Shown here: positions 56,465 to 64,000 of the stretch, piece after piece | Layout of the letters: each line of letters begins with the position of its first letter | Numbering within the stretch: the stretch's first letter is position 1 | Origin: Chrysiogenia bacterium | GTDB lineage: Bacteria; Acidobacteriota; Aminicenantia; UBA2199 | Assembly (NCBI GenBank): GCA_043826505.1 | Contig: JBDRQC010000004.1 | Span: 7,521-71,520 of the forward strand | Length of the DNA stretch: 64,000 nt | Reading direction: 5' to 3' | The notes under the pieces: model-generated | What the model was told of the DNA's origin: nothing | Databases searched by the model: none | The model's input: the letters and a program-made list of their open reading frames with translations, nothing else | Translations under genes and position numbers: made by a program

Positions 56465-58138
56465 TCAGGCGACGATGCGGTTCCACTCCCGGGCATTGAC
56501 GTCCAGACCCAACACGCCGACGCATACACCGTCCGCGTTGAAAATGCCGATGGAGACGGTGAAGCAATCTTCAGCGGTTAATAACGACTTGTACACCTCG
56601 GATATGTAGGGGCGGCGCGAGTCGACAGCGTGAACGAACCAGGGACGCTTGGAAAAGTCGCCGCCAATGTACAGCATTTCCTGGTTGTCGGCACCCTGTT
56701 TGGCAATGTTGAAGGAGAACATCTTGCCGGCGTGGTCGACAATGTAGATCAGCTCGATATAAGCGTGCTCCTCAACGATGCGCGCCAGCGACTGCTGATG
56801 CAGGCGGCGGTCCATGCCGGAGATCTCGGGCTGACCGGCAAAGGTCTTGCCCTGGTAGCAGAGGTTTAACGACGAGTCGATGATCGTCTGTTGCGTCATA
56901 AGCTGCAGGGAAAGCGCCAGCGCGTTCAGCTTCTCTATCTCCTTAGAGGAGCGTTTCAGCTCCTGGGCCTGCTGGCGGGTGACCTGCGAGATATCCTTCA
57001 GCGTCAGCACTATCTGGTCGCTGGCGCTGCGCTGCTGCTGAGTGGCGATCGAGATCTCGCCGATGCTCTGCGAAGTGGAGGCGGTGGCCTGGACAATCTT
57101 TTCCAGATGACGGATGATGGCCTGCGCCGTCTCGTTGACGTTGGAGGTCATCTTGGTGCCCTCCTCAATGGCCATGACCGTGCCGTTGATGGCGTTCTGG
57201 AACTGTTCGATGATGGCGCGGATCGACTCGGCGTTCTCATGGGAGATCTCGGCCAAGCGGCGTACTTCCGCCGCAATTACGCTGAAACGCTTGCCGAATT
57301 CGCCGGCGGCCACCGACTCGATGGCCGCGTTCAGCGCCAGGAGGTGCGTCTCGCTGGAGATGTCGGAAATGATGTCCAGCACCTTGCCGATCTGCTTGGA
57401 ATGCTGCCCGAGGGCATGGACCTTCTCGGATATCTGGTTCATTTTGCCGTCGATGCTCTCGATGGAGCGAATGACGGAATTGATCAGTTCTGAGCCTTCC
57501 TTGGACGCGTGGTCGGAGTTTTCGGCCAGCTTGGCCACCTTGTTGGAGTTGTCGGCTATCTGTCCGGCAGTGCGCGCCAGTTCTTCCATGGTGGCGGTGA
57601 TCTCAGCAATGCTGCTGGCCTGCTCGGACGACCCGCTGGCCTGAACAGTACCGGCCTCCATCAACTCACGCACCGACTTGACCAGCTCAAAGGAGATGCG
57701 CTGGCTCTGCACGTTTTCACCCTTGATCTTGTCGATGGCTTCACGCAGCGTATAAAACAGCTGGTCGTATTCGGGCACTTGCGAGTTGGCCTCTACGGGC
57801 AGCCCCAGCGGCACAGAAAAATCACCGTCGCGCAGCGTGCTCAGGGCGCCATCAAAGCGCGATTGAAACTCCAGCAGGCTATCCAGCAGACGGCTAATGG
57901 CGCGGAACACATCACGGCGGCGGGCCGCGGAACGTTCCAACCGTCGCAGCGACCAAACGAAAGCGGCGGCACCCAGCAGCACCCCCGACGCCGCCGGCCA
58001 GGACCATCCAAGCAGAAGCGCCGCTACGCCGCCTATCGCCGGCAAGGCGAAAGCTAGGCCGAAACCCATGACCAGGCCGAGTTGTTTGTCATCGCCCGCT
58101 CGTTTCATCAGGTCGTGTACATTGCTAAACAGGCTCAT
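56465..58138 (-). CDS. Methyl-accepting chemotaxis protein with TM hairpin and a C-terminal Cache/PAS-like domain
   Basis: ATG 58138 lies behind GAGG. Two adjacent TM helices occur in LGLVMGFGLAFALPAIGGVAALLLGW...GVLLGAAAFVW. The signalling hairpin core is THLLALNAAIESVAAGEFGKRFSVIAAEVRRLAE. The C-terminal ~150 aa carry FSKRPWFVHAVDSRRPYISEVYKSLLTAEDCFTVSIGIFNADGVCVGVLGLDV. Confidence 0.85.
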   Translation of the reverse strand: MSLFSNVHDLMKRAGDDKQLGLVMGFGLAFALPAIGGVAALLLGWSWPAASGVLLGAAAFVWSLRRLERSAARRRDVFRAISRLLDSLLEFQSRFDGALSTLRDGDFSVPLGLPVEANSQVPEYDQLFYTLREAIDKIKGENVQSQRISFELVKSVRELMEAGTVQASGSSEQASSIAEITATMEELARTAGQIADNSNKVAKLAENSDHASKEGSELINSVIRSIESIDGKMNQISEKVHALGQHSKQIGKVLDIISDISSETHLLALNAAIESVAAGEFGKRFSVIAAEVRRLAEISHENAESIRAIIEQFQNAINGTVMAIEEGTKMTSNVNETAQAIIRHLEKIVQATASTSQSIGEISIATQQQRSASDQIVLTLKDISQVTRQQAQELKRSSKEIEKLNALALSLQLMTQQTIIDSSLNLCYQGKTFAGQPEISGMDRRLHQQSLARIVEEHAYIELIYIVDHAGKMFSFNIAKQGADNQEMLYIGGDFSKRPWFVHAVDSRRPYISEVYKSLLTAEDCFTVSIGIFNADGVCVGVLGLDVNAREWNRIVA

Positions 58139-58478
58139 GTTCACCTCTATTCGGTTCTTCGGTCAGGAATTGATCGCTCAGCACCCCATAGACGCGCTCG
58201 CCCACGATGGCGAATCCGCTCACCACGGGCGAACGGCTGCAACCGCGGAAAAACGGGTTAGCTTCGGCCAGCGGCTCGGAGCAATCGATCGTAGTTTCAA
58301 TCTCGCTGACAGGTAGGATGCGCCCGTTGGTCAGCAGCAACTCGATGCGCGCCGGCCCCGGGTCCAGCAACCAGTGAGTGTCGTCGTGCCCATCTTTAGC
58401 GAGCGGCTGCACCCGCGCCACCCGGCGCATATCCAAAGCCAGGCGATAGCGGGCGTAACGCAACAGCATCAGGTTCAT
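58125..58478 (-). CDS. Short, degenerate CheW-like protein (second coupling-protein candidate)
   Basis: 117 aa. Its ATG overlaps the cheW stop (ATGA) and its 3' end overlaps the MCP start. LLRYARYRLALDMRRVARV and GFAIVGERVYGVLSDQFL resemble the first and last CheW-domain segments, and the middle is shortened. Confidence 0.45.
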   Translation of the reverse strand: MNLMLLRYARYRLALDMRRVARVQPLAKDGHDDTHWLLDPGPARIELLLTNGRILPVSEIETTIDCSEPLAEANPFFRGCSRSPVVSGFAIVGERVYGVLSDQFLTEEPNRGEHEPV

Positions 58479-58951
58479 GCCGGCGCCTGGTGGGTAGTGA
58501 TGATCTTGGCCACGTCGATTATCCCGATCACGTCACGATCGCGGATGAACTCACCGGAAATGAACTCGCTCGCGCTCGCCTTGGGGTTATCGGCCTTGAT
58601 CTGTCCGCAGTCGATCTCGCAGGCGTCAATAACGTCATCGACCAGGAAGCCGACCTTGACATGGAGATAGCGGCAGATGACCAGCTTCAAACCCGTTTCA
58701 CCGCCCAGGTCCGGGATGAGCAGCACCTTCTTCAGGTCAACTACCGGCAGCACCTCGCCGGAGTAGTTGGCCACGCCCAGTACGAATTCCGGGGTATCGG
58801 GCATGGGGAAAACCTCAAGCGGTTTGATAACGCGGCCGACGACTTCCAGGGGAATGAAGAACCTGCCTTCATTCAGGCGGATGAGCAGAAAGGTGGAAAG
58901 AACTGCTTCCGCGGCAACCACCGGGCTGGAGGACGACTCTTTGCTGCTCAT
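58475..58951 (-). CDS. cheW: CheW coupling protein
   Basis: The sequence FLLIRLNEGRFFIPLEVVGRVIKPLEVFPMPDTPEFVLGVANYSGEVLPVVDLKKVL...GFLVDDVIDACEI is a canonical CheW-domain pattern. Confidence 0.85.
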   Translation of the reverse strand: MSSKESSSSPVVAAEAVLSTFLLIRLNEGRFFIPLEVVGRVIKPLEVFPMPDTPEFVLGVANYSGEVLPVVDLKKVLLIPDLGGETGLKLVICRYLHVKVGFLVDDVIDACEIDCGQIKADNPKASASEFISGEFIRDRDVIGIIDVAKIITTHQAPA

Positions 58952-59453
58952 GATCCCCTGCGCCGGGTGGACACCTTGTCCGCCCCGAAAACTGCACCTA
59001 TGTCTTGTTTCATGCTGTCCCTATCAAAGCGGGAGCGGTGCGAGCTGTCCTTTCCCGGTCCTGCCAGCCGTCCTGATTCCGGATTGCCTTTGCAGGATTG
59101 CAAAAAGGCACAGAACTCGTTTATGTCACCATCGCGGTGGTCACAGGGATAGGTATTGTCAGGAATACCAATTTTCCTCATGATGGGATTTTAGGGGGAA
59201 TGTATTGAAATTGCAATAGGCGTTTGCAAAATAGCAATGAATATAAAGTGAAAAACGGTTACATAGTGCAAAAATGGCATACTCCCAACCCAAATAGCAA
59301 GCTTTCAATATTCCCAGTTGTTGGCAATCTCGCGAACGGACAATGCCTTATTGCGATCCATCCCCAAAATCATTCAGGCAACTTTTTCATAGCCGCCAGC
59401 GTATATAAAACCTTTGATGTTTTCGCCATGATCAAGATAAAAAGGAGGAATCA

Positions 59454-61514
59454 ATGAAAAGATTTAATTTTAACGGCCGAAAAATACTGATATCGGTTCT
59501 CGTATGGCTCTGCTTGATCCCCGCATCGGTGCTCCTTGCCGCCGGGAAAAACCAGCCGGCGCTGGACAAAAAAAACATGGATTTAGCGGTCCTTCCCGGC
59601 GACGATTTCTTCCGCTATGCCAACGGCGCCTGGATCCGCGACCTGGCCATGCCCGCCGACAAGAGCGAATACGACGCCTTCGACCAAGTACGCGAGCAGA
59701 ACCGGGCTCGTTTGCGTGAGCTTTTCGAAACCCTGGCTGCGGCCGCCGCCACCGCAGTAAAAGGCTCGGCCGCCCAGAAGGTCGGCGATTTTTTCGCCGC
59801 GGCCATGGATGCCGCCAAGATCGAAACCCTGGGAGCATCTCCCCTGCAGGATGATTTCATCCGAATCGGCAAGGCGGCTACCATTGAAGAGATCCAGGAC
59901 TTGATCGCCGGCTGCCACCGCGAGAATTTTCCGGTCCTGTTCGGAGCCGGAGTCGAAATCGACCTGATGAATTCCAAGGCTTATGCCTATTACTTGGCCC
60001 AATCCGGCCTGGGCATGCCCGACCGTGATTATTACACCCGTGATGACAGTGACGCAAAGAAACTCCGCGAGCAATACCTGGCCCACATGACCGCCATGCT
60101 AGAGCTGCTGGGTGATAGCCCCGAGCAAGCCGCGGCCGCGGCCCGAACGGTGATGACCATTGAAACGCGCCTGGCCAAAGCCTCCAAGACCCGGGTGGAA
60201 ATGCGCAACATTCCCGCCCTGTACAACAAGATGTCCCTGGCGCAGCTGCAGGAACAAAGCCCCGGCTTCGACTGGGGCCGCTACCTCAAGAATATCAACC
60301 GGCCGGATATCGGCGATCTCATCGTCACCGCCCCCGCTTTCTTCAAGGAAATGGGCCTGATGCTGAAAGAGGTGCCGCTGCCGCAATGGAAAACCTACCT
60401 GCGCTGGCAGGTGCTCAGCGCCTACGCCCCCTACCTGAGCTCGGCCTTCGTCGATGAGAACTTCAACTTTTTTTCCCGGGTGATGCAAGGCACCCAGCAG
60501 AACGAGGAGCGCTGGAAACGCATGACATCGCTGACCAGCGGCAGCCTCGACCATCTGGTTGGCCAGATGTACGTGGAGAAATACTTCCCGCCCGCCTGCA
60601 AGCAACGCATGGAAGAACTCTGCGTCAATGTCAAGAAAGCGTTCGAGACGCGCTTGCGCCAACTACCCTGGATGAGCGAGGAAACGCGCCGCCAGGCCCT
60701 GGAAAAGCTGCAGGCCATGAGGATCGAAGTCGGCTATCCCGACAAATGGGAAGACTACGGCAAGCTTGAGATCGGCCGCGACTCGCTTCTGGACAACCTG
60801 CGCCGTTCCGGGCGCTTCGCCTTCCAGAAGAACCTGGACCAGCTGGGCAAGCCGGTTGATGCATCCAAGTGGGACATGGCGCCCCAGATAGTCAATGCCG
60901 GCTACAACCCGTTGTACAACAAGATGATCTTTCCGGCCGGCATCCTGCAGCCGCCGTTCTTTTTCGCCAATGCCGACGACGCGGTCAATTACGGGGCCAT
61001 CGGCATGGCCATCGGCCACGAGATGAGCCACGGCTTCGACGACCAGGGACGCTGGTTCGACAAGGACGGCAACATGCGCGACTGGTGGACGGCCGAGGAC
61101 AGCGAGAAGTTCAAGCAGCAGACCAAGCTGCTGGTCGAGCAGTACGGCGCTTTCACCACCAAGGATGGCGTGCATGTCAACGGCGAGCTCAGCCTGGGTG
61201 AAAATATCGCCGACTACGCCGGGTTGACCATGTCGCTGGCCGGCTACCATCTCTCCCTGCAGGGCAAGAAAGTTCCCGAGGCCATTGACGGTTTCAACGG
61301 CGACCAGCGCTTTTTCCTCTCCTTCGCCCAGGTCTGGCGCGGCAAGATCCGCCCCGAGGCCCTGAAAAGAAAGATCCAGGAAGATGTCCATCCCTGGGGT
61401 GAATTCCGCGTCAACGGCGCCCCGTTCAACGTGGCCGAATTCTATAAGATTTTCGACATCAAGCCCGGAGACAAGCTCTACCGCGCCCCCAAGCAGCGCC
61501 CGAACATCTGGTAA
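59454..61514 (+). CDS. pepO: Exported M13 family metallopeptidase (PepO / endothelin-converting-enzyme-like)
   Basis: SD AAGGAGG precedes ATG 59454. The signal/anchor is ILISVLVWLCLIPASVLLAA. The motifs are VNAGYNPLYNKMIFPAGILQPPFF, the zinc motif IGHEMSHGFDDQG, and GENIADYAGL. Confidence 0.9.
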   Translation: MKRFNFNGRKILISVLVWLCLIPASVLLAAGKNQPALDKKNMDLAVLPGDDFFRYANGAWIRDLAMPADKSEYDAFDQVREQNRARLRELFETLAAAAATAVKGSAAQKVGDFFAAAMDAAKIETLGASPLQDDFIRIGKAATIEEIQDLIAGCHRENFPVLFGAGVEIDLMNSKAYAYYLAQSGLGMPDRDYYTRDDSDAKKLREQYLAHMTAMLELLGDSPEQAAAAARTVMTIETRLAKASKTRVEMRNIPALYNKMSLAQLQEQSPGFDWGRYLKNINRPDIGDLIVTAPAFFKEMGLMLKEVPLPQWKTYLRWQVLSAYAPYLSSAFVDENFNFFSRVMQGTQQNEERWKRMTSLTSGSLDHLVGQMYVEKYFPPACKQRMEELCVNVKKAFETRLRQLPWMSEETRRQALEKLQAMRIEVGYPDKWEDYGKLEIGRDSLLDNLRRSGRFAFQKNLDQLGKPVDASKWDMAPQIVNAGYNPLYNKMIFPAGILQPPFFFANADDAVNYGAIGMAIGHEMSHGFDDQGRWFDKDGNMRDWWTAEDSEKFKQQTKLLVEQYGAFTTKDGVHVNGELSLGENIADYAGLTMSLAGYHLSLQGKKVPEAIDGFNGDQRFFLSFAQVWRGKIRPEALKRKIQEDVHPWGEFRVNGAPFNVAEFYKIFDIKPGDKLYRAPKQRPNIW

Positions 61515-61540
61515 TCGGACCATCAGTTTAAACGGATTGT

Positions 61541-61595
61541 AGGGGTTCAATACGAGATCATGTGAGATAATATTGAATCCCTGCATCTGTTTTTG
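61541..61595 (+). terminator. Putative Rho-independent terminator after pepO
   Basis: AGGGGTTCAATA (61541-61552) pairs with TATTGAATCCCT (61571-61582) over 12 bp including one GU. The loop is 18 nt, and a T5 run lies at 61590-61594. Confidence 0.4.
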
Positions 61596-61653
61596 ATAAA
61601 AACGGAAAGAAAATAATCAGTATTTTCATCCAATTCAATATTATAAATCAACG

Positions 61654-62238
61654 CTAGTTTCCCGGATTACTTTTTTGTTTGGATTTGGCCCGAAACATAC
61701 GAACTTTTATCAGGTTGCCACAGCCGGTGGCATTCTCACACCATTTGCGCGACCGATTCTTGCTCGTATCATAAAAAATCCACAGGCAATCGGGATTTTG
61801 GCAAACCTTGATTCGCTCGGGTTCACCCCTGGCAAGGATTTCAGCAAAAGAAGAAGCAATATCCACGAGCATGGCTGAAATCCCTGGAATTTTCGCTTCT
61901 CGCCGTATTTCGTAGAATTGGCCTGACGGATATACTTTCTTTATTTCCGGGGAGCTTCTCAGAACTGCATTGAGGCGCTCGATATCCATTTTCCTGAGAG
62001 GTTTTCGTTTCGAGTAGTCATCAGCCAACTGGCGCAGTAAAATTCGCAATTCCTTCAATTGCTTTCGAATTTTTGACAACAAGGTAACCATAAGCAATTC
62101 CGGCCAAGGTAAAAGGAAATTCTGGAGCCAGACATCATTATCCAAGCGGTCTTCGTGCCGGCCTCCGCCCTTGAAATCATGCCAATCGCTGTTCAGCAGG
62201 TTGAGCCATAAGCTGTTTTTTTGTAATTTGCTATCCAT
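61654..62238 (-). CDS. CGNR zinc-finger domain protein (ABATE-type putative regulator)
   Basis: The C-terminal segment CQNPDCLWIFYDTSKNRSRKWCENATGCGNLIKVRMFR is the zf-CGNR signature. It is divergent from the Fe-S gene at 62324. Confidence 0.85.
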   Translation of the reverse strand: MDSKLQKNSLWLNLLNSDWHDFKGGGRHEDRLDNDVWLQNFLLPWPELLMVTLLSKIRKQLKELRILLRQLADDYSKRKPLRKMDIERLNAVLRSSPEIKKVYPSGQFYEIRREAKIPGISAMLVDIASSFAEILARGEPERIKVCQNPDCLWIFYDTSKNRSRKWCENATGCGNLIKVRMFRAKSKQKSNPGN

Positions 62239-62323
62239 CTATTGACAATTACCATATTCCCTTGTAACATTCAATATGTAATATCTGTATTTATATTTAG
62301 ACTATTTCATTCAGGAGGGAAAT

Positions 62324-63256
62324 ATGAACCACAAACTGAAAGCCTGGGCGACGGGCAAGGGCCGCCTGGCCGTACTCGACATAGCCGAACTGGCCGAAAC
62401 CAGCCGCTATATTTCCGGTCTGGAAGAGTCCGGCCAACTGGACGGCCGGCTCTTCCGGACGTATCTGTCCAGTTTGGTCCTCTCGGCAAGCACCCCGGAA
62501 CCACGCTGGCGCTCGATCATTTTGCTCTCCGTTCCACGACCAGCTCATCAGCTTATTTTCGAGCGCGACTCGGGACCCTTCAAATGCTTCATTCCACCCA
62601 CTTATGTTGGGTATCGCAAGTTGAGCGGGATGCTTCTCAAGGACCTGAGAACTTTCATGGGCAGGGACCTCCCCAAAACGGCCATTCTCAGGGCACCGCT
62701 GAAGCGGCTGGCGGTTCGTTCCGGCCTGGCCGCTTACGGCCGCAACAATATCACGTATTCGGGCGAATACGGCAGCTATCACCAGCTGTTGGGTTTTCTC
62801 GGCGAATCCGAGATCGCGCCGTTCTGCTCCGACGGACCGGTCGAGAATCCGCAGCTGCCCGCCTGCGCCCGCTGCTCGGCCTGTGCCCGGCGCTGTCCCA
62901 CCCAGGCCATCGACAGGGAACGCTTTTTAATTCACGCCGAGAAATGTTTCACACTATTCACCGAGAATCCAGGCCGCCTGCCGCCGGTTCGTGACAAACT
63001 GGCCGGAGAGATGCTTTGCCTGGCCGGCTGCCTGGCCTGCCAGACCGTCTGCCCGGTCAACAAGGGTAAGTTGAAAATAGAACTGGCCCCGGTCTCGTTC
63101 ACCGCCGCCGAAACCAAACACTTGCTTGACGTCGGCGGCAAGCGGGGAAACCCAGTCTATGAGGGTATCCGGAAAAAGTTGAAAATTCTCGGCATGCTCC
63201 ACTATCAGAACCGCATCGGTCGCAACCTGCGCTTCATCATGAATATTAGTAATTAA
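62324..63256 (+). CDS. QueG-like 4Fe-4S double-cluster protein (epoxyqueuosine reductase family-like)
   Basis: SD AGGAGGG lies upstream. LKRLAVRSGLAAYGRNNITY resembles the QueG AGLGxxGKN motif. The ferredoxin-type motifs are CARCSACARRCPTQAI and CLACQTVCPVN. Confidence 0.6.
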   Translation: MNHKLKAWATGKGRLAVLDIAELAETSRYISGLEESGQLDGRLFRTYLSSLVLSASTPEPRWRSIILLSVPRPAHQLIFERDSGPFKCFIPPTYVGYRKLSGMLLKDLRTFMGRDLPKTAILRAPLKRLAVRSGLAAYGRNNITYSGEYGSYHQLLGFLGESEIAPFCSDGPVENPQLPACARCSACARRCPTQAIDRERFLIHAEKCFTLFTENPGRLPPVRDKLAGEMLCLAGCLACQTVCPVNKGKLKIELAPVSFTAAETKHLLDVGGKRGNPVYEGIRKKLKILGMLHYQNRIGRNLRFIMNISN

Positions 63257-63271
63257 TAAAGGAGGTCAATA

Positions 63272-63631
63272 ATGATCGCCCGAATATGGCATGGAGTGAC
63301 TATGGCCGATAAAGCCAACGCGTTTTTTCAATATGTCCGGAAAACCGGGGAAAAAGCATATCGGGAATCACCCGGCAACCGCGGCGTGCGCATCCTCAGA
63401 CGCCACGTTGACGATAAGGCGGAGTTCCTGCTGATTTCCTTATGGGATTCTTTTGAATCAATCAAGCGCTTCGCGGGAGAAGATTTCAATAAAGCATTAT
63501 ATCCCTTTCCAGAAGACAGGGAATTTCTCGTTGAGCTTGAACCCGAAGTCAAGCATTTTGAAGTTCTCAACGAACCGGCCGCTGGTAAAAACCCAGTTGA
63601 AACGAATGTCATGAAAAAGGAGAAAACATGA
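63272..63631 (+). CDS. Antibiotic-biosynthesis-monooxygenase (ABM/Dabb-fold) domain protein
   Basis: 119 aa behind SD AAGGAGG. The segment IARIWHGVT...RGVRILRRHVDDKAEFLLISLWDSFESIKRFAG has the typical ABM-domain layout. Confidence 0.6.
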   Translation: MIARIWHGVTMADKANAFFQYVRKTGEKAYRESPGNRGVRILRRHVDDKAEFLLISLWDSFESIKRFAGEDFNKALYPFPEDREFLVELEPEVKHFEVLNEPAAGKNPVETNVMKKEKT

Positions 63632-63684
63632 AAGTTAAACTGTTTCTGTTTCTTTTACTCATTTTACTTTTTTTGGTCATCTAG
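63628..63684 (+). CDS. Candidate 18-aa hydrophobic micro-protein (MKVKLFLFLLLILLFLVI)
   Basis: ATG 63628 overlaps the ABM stop (ATGA). A canonical AGGAG (63618-63622) sits 5 nt upstream. The product is a single predicted TM helix after MKVK. No homology evidence is available. Confidence 0.3.
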   Translation: MKVKLFLFLLLILLFLVI

Positions 63685-63785
63685 CTGAACTGAATACCGG
63701 CGAATCGAAAAGAAAGCGGCAATGAAATCTTCCCTGAACCTGAAGCTCTGCCTCCTATGGCTTCCTAATAAAAATATAATTTGTG

Positions 63786-63823
63786 CTGAATATTAAAGTT
63801 GCAACTTAATATTAAAGTTGCAA
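63786..63823. repeat. Tandem 19-nt direct repeat CTKAATATTAAAGTTGCAA x2
   Basis: 63786-63804 and 63805-63823 differ at one base, and the 16-nt cores at 63789-63804 and 63808-63823 are identical. The repeat lies in the AT-rich region about 60 nt upstream of the XRE promoter and is a candidate operator. Confidence 0.6.
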
Positions 63824-63885
63824 TTAAACATCACTGAAATCGTAATCCGAAACATCAATTTAATTTATTTTTTTTAGTTATCATG

Positions 63886-63914
63886 TTGACATTTTTTGAT
63901 ATTAATATTATCAT
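63886..63914 (+). promoter_or_regulatory. Putative sigma70-type promoter of the XRE-family gene
   Basis: TTGACA (63886-63891), 17-nt spacer, TATCAT (63909-63914). SD GGGAGG (63921-63926) and ATG 63933 follow. Confidence 0.5.
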
Positions 63915-63932
63915 TTAGTTGGGAGGAAACCA

Positions 63933-64000
63933 ATGGAGAACAAAATTATTGCCGGGAATTTACTGCGTTTGCGTAAGGCGAAAAAACTGTCCCAGCAGCA
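63933..64000 (+). CDS. XRE (Cro/CI)-family HTH regulator, N-terminal fragment (continues beyond window)
   Basis: The sequence MENKIIAGNLLRLRKAKKLSQQ is the typical start of an HTH_3/XRE domain (xxLRxLRxxxxLSQ). Confidence 0.6.
   Translation, partial: MENKIIAGNLLRLRKAKKLSQQ

Noticed and set aside
58948-59181. 77-aa ORF (MRKIGIPDNTYPCDHRDGD...) overlapping the cheW start by ATGA, as a possible first gene of the chemosensory operon
   Set aside because: It has no Shine-Dalgarno sequence, no recognisable motif, and a charged low-complexity composition. It may simply be the operon leader. It is left unannotated, though the ATGA coupling means it should be rechecked with homology or Ribo-seq data.

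Overview
64-kb chromosomal window from a moderately GC-rich diderm bacterium. The gene content (CBM9/DUF5916-type barrels, propeller-YYY-LuxR regulators, many exported peptidases) is reminiscent of uncultivated Acidobacteriota/Aminicenantes-like lineages, but taxonomy cannot be verified here. All calls come from reading motifs in the supplied six-frame translations and the DNA; no database search or computation was run. Layout: (1) 1-4.6 kb holds the nikR 3' end, a perfect NikR-box-like palindrome, and an operon of TonB-dependent receptor, ECF S-like membrane protein, SAM methyltransferase, EcfT and EcfA. (2) 4.9-17 kb holds exported C69 and M3A peptidases, a CPBP protease, two membrane-tethered LuxR-type one-component regulators, an OMP-like barrel, two flavodoxin-fold proteins and a Fis-type HTH. 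(3) 17.2-41.0 kb is a roughly 24-kb, entirely minus-strand Wzx/Wzy-type polysaccharide locus. It encodes a priming phosphotransferase, six glycosyltransferases, three to four methyltransferases, a flippase, two Wzy_C-type proteins and Fcl. It ends in an unusual tailoring module: pyruvyl transferase, CapK/PaaK-like ligase, a radical SAM enzyme with a Cys-rich C-terminus, and a B12-binding radical SAM enzyme. The locus carries two gene remnants, an FkbM-like fragment on the opposite strand and a LuxR-tail fragment. (4) 41-49.8 kb holds an ABC-2 exporter and two paralogous CBM9/DUF5916-like barrel proteins flanking an exported M3B oligoendopeptidase, with a 177-nt long-stem palindromic element between them. 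(5) 49.9-59 kb is a Wsp-like chemosensory operon (CheW, CheW-like, MCP, CheA-CheY, CheB, REC-GAF-GGDEF, CheR-TPR). (6) 59.4-64 kb holds an M13 peptidase, a CGNR zinc-finger protein, a QueG-like Fe-S protein and an ABM protein, then an abrupt AT-rich region with tandem 19-mers and the start of an XRE regulator. I recognised no rRNA, tRNA, CRISPR array, transposase or integrase. Most other long ORFs in the track are antisense or shadow frames of these genes.
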